Positions 35,230-41,027 of a stretch of 41,027 nucleotides of DNA are shown one piece after another (position 1 is the stretch's first letter; the number at the start of each line of letters is the position of its first letter). The translations under genes were made by a program, and so were the position numbers. The DNA is from a virus. Its lineage: Duplodnaviria; Caudoviricetes. Location of the stretch: positions 1-41,027 of IMG/VR virus record IMGVR_UViG_3300043414_000515. One strand, 5' to 3'. The notes under the pieces are model-generated. The model had not been told where the DNA came from, made no database searches, and saw only the letters and a list, made by a program, of their open reading frames with translations.

Positions 35230-36202
35230 AATACTGAGCGACACGATTGACTTCCGACTGTACCTACGGGAGACAGATGCAAAGACTAAGGTCAAAAAGG
35301 CATCCGACTACGTTGGGGTGATCAAAAGCCGACTACGGGAAAAGGTCAAACAGCATGTGACCTACTTGCCGTGGACGAAGACCAACGAGAACTTTGAGTT
35401 TCGCAAGGGTGAAGTAACCCTGTGGTCAGGACAGAACGGTCATGGTAAGTCCTTGATGACCTCCCAGGTGGCGCTGAGCCTCATTGGGCAGGGCGAGAAG
35501 GTATGTGTAGCCTCTTTTGAGATGAAACCCGCCACAACCCTACAGCGTATGGCCCGTATGTGGATTGGTTGTAATCCGTTCTCGGTTGAGTTTCAGGGGA
35601 ATGACGGGATAGATGCCCTTGACAGCCTGTATGACCAGTTTGGGGAGTGGACGACCGGCAGCATGTGGCTGTATGACCAAATGGGAACTGCTGATGCCGC
35701 CACTGTGATTGGCATGGTGCGTTATTGCGCCAAGGAACTGGGTATAACTCATGTTTTTGTGGATAACTTGGCTAAGTGCGTTAAGGGCGAGGATGACTAT
35801 AACGGGCAGAAACAGTTCGTAGATGAGTTGACATCGGTGGCACGGGATTACGACATCCATATCCACCTTGTCCACCACCTAAAAAAGCCAGCTAATGAGA
35901 ATGCCGTCCCTGACAAACATGACAACAAGGGATCGGGAGCCATTACCGACTTAGTGGACAACGTGATGCTGGTCTGGCGCAACAAGGTCAAAGAGGATGC
36001 TATCAAGGAACAGGGCGAGTTTGCCAAGCAGAACGGTGATCCTGACCATTATCTGTTGTGCCGTAAGCAGCGGAATTACGAAGGATCGGGAGAGGGTGAA
36101 CCGACTGTCCGACTGTGGTTCCATCGTGATGCCCAGCAGTACGTTGCAGAGCCGCATGACCGGCCTTTGTTCTTTCCGAACTATCCGCATGTGGCATCGT
36201 GA
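35222..36202 (+). CDS. SF4 (DnaB/T7 gp4-like) replicative helicase without primase domain
   Basis: GQNGHGKS, SFEM, VFVDNL, HLVHH, KGSGAITDLVDN, KQR. Confidence 0.9.
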   Translation: MAEILSDTIDFRLYLRETDAKTKVKKASDYVGVIKSRLREKVKQHVTYLPWTKTNENFEFRKGEVTLWSGQNGHGKSLMTSQVALSLIGQGEKVCVASFEMKPATTLQRMARMWIGCNPFSVEFQGNDGIDALDSLYDQFGEWTTGSMWLYDQMGTADAATVIGMVRYCAKELGITHVFVDNLAKCVKGEDDYNGQKQFVDELTSVARDYDIHIHLVHHLKKPANENAVPDKHDNKGSGAITDLVDNVMLVWRNKVKEDAIKEQGEFAKQNGDPDHYLLCRKQRNYEGSGEGEPTVRLWFHRDAQQYVAEPHDRPLFFPNYPHVAS

Positions 36203-36381
36203 GTGACCGGGACTACCTGGAACTGGCTCGGGCCAGGGAAATCTGGGTAACATTTTGTTTGACAAAAGATAGAGAAAACATGATTAAGTTGGTCAATCGA
36301 TCTGTGGATCACTATGGCAGGGATGCGATACCCAGGATCAAGGCGTACCTACGACAATTCAAAGACGGGGAGATTGAATGA
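36199..36381 (+). CDS. Hypothetical protein
   Basis: 60 aa, coupled to neighbours. Confidence 0.6.
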   Translation: MSDRDYLELARAREIWVTFCLTKDRENMIKLVNRSVDHYGRDAIPRIKAYLRQFKDGEIE

Positions 36382-36809
36382 CATTTCAAATGAACTTTAC
36401 GGTAGAAGGAACGCCAGTAGGCAAGGGCCGTCCCAAGTTTGCGAGACGGGGTAACTTTGTATCTACTTACACCCCTACCAAGACCCGCAACTATGAAGAC
36501 ATCATCAAGGCTGCTGCTACTCAAGCGATGACCGAGCCGCCAATAACCGCTCCGCTTCGTGTGTTTGTTTACATTGACATGCCTGTGCCCGTGTCATATT
36601 CTAAAAAACGCAAGGAAGCTTGTTTAGCAGGAGCCGAACACCCTACCAAAAAACCTGACATCGACAATGTAGCCAAATGCTTTTTAGATGCTATGAACGG
36701 TATTGTGTATGTGGATGACAGCCAAGTTGTGTCGCTACACATTACCAAGGTATATGGCACAGTTGGCATGGTGGAAGTAGTAGTTAGAGAGGAATTGCAA
36801 TGGAGTTAG
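36378..36809 (+). CDS. rusA: Holliday junction resolvase RusA-like
   Basis: PVGKGRPKF...KKPDIDNVAK..LDAMNG..YVDDSQV. Confidence 0.9.
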   Translation: MTFQMNFTVEGTPVGKGRPKFARRGNFVSTYTPTKTRNYEDIIKAAATQAMTEPPITAPLRVFVYIDMPVPVSYSKKRKEACLAGAEHPTKKPDIDNVAKCFLDAMNGIVYVDDSQVVSLHITKVYGTVGMVEVVVREELQWS

Positions 36810-37069
36810 AAGACCCATTTGTATATACAAAGCCTGAGTGGTTGAAGGAACTCCAGCGGGAGAAACGCAGGGCAGCTAGGGCTAAGAGACTAAACCGTGT
36901 CATTGGTAAATGGGGCGGTAGTAGGAAGGGAGCAGGAAGAAAAAGAGAAAGACCCTATGACGCAATGGTCTACATAAACCACACCCGGATCCAGCTACAG
37001 ATCTTGATGGATATGGGCAATGGTGACTTGAGTGCTGGTGTACAGAAATTAATTGACGAAAACTTATAG
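36800..37069 (+). CDS. Small basic DNA-binding protein
   Basis: WGGSRKGAGRK motif. Confidence 0.55.
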   Translation: MELEDPFVYTKPEWLKELQREKRRAARAKRLNRVIGKWGGSRKGAGRKRERPYDAMVYINHTRIQLQILMDMGNGDLSAGVQKLIDENL

Positions 37070-37071
37070 GA

Positions 37072-37401
37072 ATGAATATGGAAATTGACCCAAACAAAGC
37101 CGTTGAATACCTGCGGGAAAACGCTCCAAAGTTTGCTGAAGCCAAGGCAACCAGGGTATTCATAGAGAACTATTTACGCTCTGTAAAGTCCAAACTCATG
37201 GGCAATGAAGAGGGTACGCTAGGGGCAAAAGAGGCTTATGCATATGCTCACGATGACTATGTTGACCAGCTAAAAGCCCTCAGAATTGCTACAGAAGAAG
37301 AAGAACGGCTCAAATTTATGATGTCTGCTGCCCAACTAAGGGTGGAAATCTGGAAGACCAACGAATACAGCAAACGCGCTGAACTTAGGAACCTCAGTTA
37401 A
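37072..37401 (+). CDS. Helical coiled-coil phage protein (possibly UvsY-like)
   Basis: KEAYAYAHDDY...EIWKT; weak resemblance only. Confidence 0.5.
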   Translation: MNMEIDPNKAVEYLRENAPKFAEAKATRVFIENYLRSVKSKLMGNEEGTLGAKEAYAYAHDDYVDQLKALRIATEEEERLKFMMSAAQLRVEIWKTNEYSKRAELRNLS

Positions 37402-37423
37402 AAAACTGTGATACAGTAACGCC

Positions 37424-37810
37424 GTTGTCGTGGAAGACAGCAGTTAAGCCGTTTATTGATGCAACTTGCCCAGAGGTAAGAACGCCAAAGGGTCTTCCAC
37501 CAGGTTGCATCACTAAGCGGCTTTTGCATTTCTACGGTGACCGTCAGGGCGCGTTAGCTGATGGTCTGCATGGACTGAACCCAAGAAACACCGTACACCG
37601 TTACACCCCGGATGTTGCGACTAGCGTTGGTTGACCGACTAGTAAAGGATTGAGTAACTCAGGTGGACAACTAGGCTCAGTCTCTAAGTGAATCAACCCG
37701 TCCAGCGCAGCTTGGATGTGTACATAAAATGGCATTTTTTAAGCATATTATTGGGACATGCATAGAATGTGTACATATTGGAGCAGGTAGATAAGCCCTC
37801 TTATCCACCC
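37424..37810 (+). ncRNA. Large multi-stem structured RNA/DNA element
   Basis: At least 7 helices, many with G-U pairs; extended -10 TGATACAGT at 37409-37417; loop-loop complementarity. Confidence 0.65.
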
Positions 37811-37821
37811 TAGGTAAACCT

Positions 37822-38190
37822 ATGACCATAATTTATAGAGACAAGCACCTGCTGAAACTGGCACAAGACCAGCTTTGTCTTTTGAAGGTCAAAAACTTTT
37901 GCCGGGGGGGGTCTTCTTCCACGGTAGCGTGTCATCACAATTCCGCTAGGTCTGGCAAGGGAATGGGCATCAAGGCCAGTGATGCCTACACCGTATGGGG
38001 GTGCTTCTCCTGCCACCAATGGCTGGATCAAGGATCGGCCTCCAAGGACGATAAGGAAGCAGCCTTCCAAGCAGCCCATTTGCTCCAGGTAGCAGAGTGG
38101 CATAAAATCGCCTCCAGTATCGCTGCCAGACCTTGGAAGGTGGAAGCAGCCCGAAACGTCCTCAATCACTTGGGAATCAATCATGGATAA
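37822..38190 (+). CDS. DUF1364/YbcO-like Zn-binding His-Me nuclease-like protein
   Basis: C..C...TVACHHN...GKGMGIKASD...GCFSCHQWLD. Confidence 0.75.
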   Translation: MTIIYRDKHLLKLAQDQLCLLKVKNFCRGGSSSTVACHHNSARSGKGMGIKASDAYTVWGCFSCHQWLDQGSASKDDKEAAFQAAHLLQVAEWHKIASSIAARPWKVEAARNVLNHLGINHG

Positions 38191-38542
38191 AGTAGCCGAT
38201 TTCATTCTGACCCTGCTGCACAGTGCAACCAATACCCATATCCTGCATTGGCAAGCCACCCGATACGGCGAGCATATAGCCCTGGGCGAGTTCTATTCCG
38301 GCCTTCCCGAACTAATAGACCAGTTGACCGAAGCCCTGATGGGACGCTATGAGATGCAGCCAACATTCCCGCTTTCATATCATGGACCCAACCCTGACAG
38401 CTTGCAGGAACTAGTTACGCTGAAACAGTACGTTGACCAGGAACGCCAGAACCTTCCGCAAGATAGCGAAATCCAAAACTTAGTCGATGAAATTGCAACC
38501 AGCATTGATTCCACGATATACAAGTTGAAATTCCTAAAATAG
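38183..38542 (+). CDS. Ferritin/Dps-like protein (DUF5856-like)
   Basis: HILHWQ...EHIALGEFY...IDQLTE...QNLVDEI...YKL. Confidence 0.75.
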   Translation: MDKVADFILTLLHSATNTHILHWQATRYGEHIALGEFYSGLPELIDQLTEALMGRYEMQPTFPLSYHGPNPDSLQELVTLKQYVDQERQNLPQDSEIQNLVDEIATSIDSTIYKLKFLK

Positions 38543-38611
38543 TCTGGCAAAAAGACACCGATTCCTGAAAACCTAAAAACAAGGTCTAAAACTTTTGAGG
38601 GGGGGGTCTCT

Positions 38612-38822
38612 TACATGTGTACACACATACACATACGCACACACACCCGCACCCGCATGCGTACACACGCACACACCTACGCGCACACCCACGCATACCC
38701 GTGCGCCTACGCATGCACCCACGCGCACCCACGCGCACACCTACGCGCACGCATGCGCTCACACACACACACACACGCTCACGCACCATGCACACGCACC
38801 ACACACACGCGCAATGCATGCG
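38612..38822. repeat. Alternating purine-pyrimidine (CA/CG-rich) low-complexity tract
   Basis: ACACACATACACATACGCACACACACCCGCAC..., preceded by G8 at 38599-38606. Confidence 0.9.
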
Positions 38823-39029
38823 AGACAAACCCACGCAGTCCCCGATAGCCCATAAAGACCCCTAGAACGGCCTGTAACGCTTTTTTTACCTGTAGTGCAT
38901 GGCAATGTAGCATCACACGCAGAAAACGGCTTAAAACGGCTCTAATCGCTCCGCACCATGCACAGACGTGCAGCCACCTACCCGGGCCGGGCATGCACAG
39001 ACGTGCCAGTGCCATATTGCACTGCACAA

Positions 39030-39057
39030 TAAACGACAAACCCCGGACAGGCCGGGG
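39030..39057 (-). terminator. Rho-independent terminator of the leftward early operon
   Basis: CCCCGG-CCTGT-CCGGGG-TTTGTCGTTT on the minus strand. Confidence 0.7.
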
Positions 39058-39079
39058 ATTATCTGGGAGCTTGAATAAA

Positions 39080-39730
39080 TTAATGCACGGACATGAGGCG
39101 AATAACTTTAGCCATTTTTCGCCCGTGTGCTGGATATGCAATAACTGGAATAGTTTTATCCCAGCATGCACGGCAGCCACTGCACTGCCCATTATTCGCA
39201 TATGCTTCGCATAATTTTGAATCGGCAGTTTTAGAATATGATTCTGCGTCTGGTCCTATAACTGAACCATGCAACCCGGGAATATAACTGCCGTCTACAC
39301 TATCGGCAGAGAACCGAACCATTACATTATCGAGCCGTTGCATTGATTCAAATACTGCACGAAATTTTGGGAATTTATGCATGCGTGTGGGGAACCAATG
39401 TTTGCACCACGGTGTCCGAATCATTACTTCGAGAATTTTCTCTGCCAATGCGACACTATAAGCATCTCCAGAATCAAACCATCTGAAGTATCTGTCCGAA
39501 TCCAATTCTGCGACCATATCGTCTGCCCACTCTAGGCGCTGCCAGTCCTCCCGATTGTGTAGGCGTGGTGCAATCACGTTAGGGTAATTGTAATTGCCTG
39601 TAGTGGCATAACATCCTCTGCATGCGTCAACCAGTATCCCCGGCTCTGCCCACGAACCCGGGCAGGTGTCGATAGCCTGTAGGCTCCATGAACGTGCATC
39701 AAGCTTGGAGGTGTTGCTAATTTTAACCAT
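39080..39730 (-). CDS. GP88-like Cys-rich (putative Fe-S) protein
   Basis: TSKL..SWSL..TCPGS...CRGCYA..GNY; FRWFDSGD; HWFPTR; CSGCRACWD. Confidence 0.75.
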   Translation of the reverse strand: MVKISNTSKLDARSWSLQAIDTCPGSWAEPGILVDACRGCYATTGNYNYPNVIAPRLHNREDWQRLEWADDMVAELDSDRYFRWFDSGDAYSVALAEKILEVMIRTPWCKHWFPTRMHKFPKFRAVFESMQRLDNVMVRFSADSVDGSYIPGLHGSVIGPDAESYSKTADSKLCEAYANNGQCSGCRACWDKTIPVIAYPAHGRKMAKVIRLMSVH

Positions 39731-39862
39731 GATTAAATCCTATTAAATTAAATTGAGACGGATAAACTATTAATTACGGGTTTATATATACCCAGTATAT
39801 GAGCGCACCGAACATAACGCAGACAATAATTAAACTCTTGATTATGTCAATAAAAATATGCT

Positions 39863-40060
39863 TCATGCTGCCACCTCACCGGCAGATAATGCATGATTAA
39901 TAGCATCAATTAATGCTAAAGCTTGATCACGATTTAATACTACGTTTATACGCATCTGGGGCCTCATAATAGATAATTCTATTCCACCATCATGCTCATT
40001 AGTAAATACTACGGATTTTCTATCGGTTTCGATTCGGGTTTGATAATCAATTGTTGACAT
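39863..40060 (-). CDS. Hypothetical early protein
   Basis: 65 aa, RBS AAGGA. Confidence 0.7.
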   Translation of the reverse strand: MSTIDYQTRIETDRKSVVFTNEHDGGIELSIMRPQMRINVVLNRDQALALIDAINHALSAGEVAA

Positions 40061-40070
40061 AATAATTCCT

Positions 40071-40277
40071 TTATTGTTTACAGCCCGAGCAGTCGCACGG
40101 GATTACATTTAATTTGATGTCTGCCTTTAATTCCCGCATGCTGTCATACCCACGGACATGGGAGCGGTCATTAGGTGAGCTGTGTTCGTCAAACCTCCAA
40201 CCATCTGGCAGGTTCAGTATATAAACCCCAGCTTCGTCATAATCAACGTCTCGGGCTGCGTTTAATTTATACTTCAT
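40071..40277 (-). CDS. Small hypothetical early protein (allele B of 30..236)
   Basis: Differences from allele A are mostly synonymous, supporting a real gene. Confidence 0.8.
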   Translation of the reverse strand: MKYKLNAARDVDYDEAGVYILNLPDGWRFDEHSSPNDRSHVRGYDSMRELKADIKLNVIPCDCSGCKQ

Positions 40278-40278
40278 C

Positions 40279-40500
40279 TTATTTCCCCAGTGCGTAGTTA
40301 CGCAGAGTTTTCAAATAGGATTTATATTCCTGTGCTTTTGCATTGTGATACCACGCACAGACTACAGTGCCAGAGGGTTTGACACCGAGGAATATCCCCT
40401 TAGTGTCTGGGCTGCCTGCGTATACCCATTGACCGGGCTGGATATGCTTATAGAGTCCGTGGGGGACTGCCCATATGTCAAATGCTGGTGCGTATTTCAT
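40279..40500 (-). CDS. Hypothetical early protein present only in copy B
   Basis: 73 aa, RBS AAAGGA. Confidence 0.75.
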   Translation of the reverse strand: MKYAPAFDIWAVPHGLYKHIQPGQWVYAGSPDTKGIFLGVKPSGTVVCAWYHNAKAQEYKSYLKTLRNYALGK

Positions 40501-40539
40501 TATTGAATTCCTTTAAATGGTGAAATGACAGGAGAGGCG

Positions 40540-40616
40540 AGAATCTGACCCTCTCACAGTACTAGCATAATAGAATCGTGCCAGCTTTTCAAATAGTCTT
40601 AAAAATCAAGCACTTG
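40540..40616 (-). promoter_or_regulatory. Copy B of the early promoter with an IHF consensus site in the opposite orientation
   Basis: 46-nt identical block; AATCAAGCACTTG at 40604-40616. Confidence 0.55.
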
Positions 40617-41027
40617 GCGCGTCTAAGGAAAACCCTAATGGTTGTCCATACAGTACTTGCATTTGATATAAGTCAATCAAATGGATTTAATGCTGCAGCC
40701 GATTAGAGCCGTTATTTCTGTGCGTGGTAGGGATGGTACGAAAAGAAAAACAAAGGCAACCCAGAGCCTGTGTGTGCTTCTACTGTAGGGGAATACAGAG
40801 GAGAGACAGACGGCTGCACTAGGGATTCCAGCGTCTGACTAGTGCGGGTTAACCCTACCCAAACCCAGAAAGAGAGCGGGCCCCTCTGCTCTCCCTTTTC
40901 CCATCCCCCCAGCACTAGCCCAAATACCCCCCCACGCTAGGGAAGAGGAGGGGGGTAGCCCTGCTAGAGGGAGTGAAGAGGGGGGCCCGATCACCCATCC
41001 CCAAAATTTCTACAGAACTTTTTCCCC

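Noticed and set aside
37556-37590. Hammerhead ribozyme (CTGATG...GAA)
   Set aside because: Core lacks CUGANGA/GAAA and a proper NUH site with stems I and III
37425-37634. 69-aa ORF in the structured region
   Set aside because: TTG start without an RBS; pairing pattern explains the region better
38586-38865. Several His/Thr- or Cys/Val-rich ORFs
   Set aside because: Translations of the CA-rich tract, which lacks stop codons by composition
1-41027. tRNA genes, integrase, alternative genetic code
   Set aside because: No cloverleaf or recombinase motifs noticed by eye; core genes are intact under the standard code; tRNAscan and HMM searches not run

Overview
An apparently complete ~40.3 kb tailed dsDNA phage genome with podovirus-like architecture. 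The host is probably a Proteobacterium (inference; the motifs are consistent with Betaproteobacteria). The last 69 nt (40959-41027) match 695-763 exactly, so the molecule closes into a circle, and 1-694 is a diverged second version of the ~40071-40958 early/control region. + strand 829-28929: GNAT-like protein, terS, small basic proteins, an Acb2/Tad1-like protein, terL, portal, scaffold, capsid, tail proteins, tailspike and fibers, ejection proteins, holins, M15 endolysin, a metallophosphoesterase and a hyper-acidic peptide. - strand 28926-33388: small accessory genes built from repeated QEPVA linkers, MazG-like, SSB and Sak recombinase. + strand 33510-38542: DUF1376 initiator with internal iterons, SF4 helicase, RusA, a ~390-nt structured non-coding element, a His-Me nuclease-like gene and a ferritin-like gene. 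- strand 39080-40500: GP88-like Cys-rich protein and small early genes. I recognised no integrase, repressor, DNA/RNA polymerase, tRNA, CRISPR array or reverse transcriptase. Best leads: the large structured RNA at 37424-37810, the repeat-linked mosaic gene cluster, the anti-defence candidates, the odd sigma54/IHF-like promoter and the ~210-nt alternating purine-pyrimidine tract. All family calls are by-eye motif recognition, not database results.
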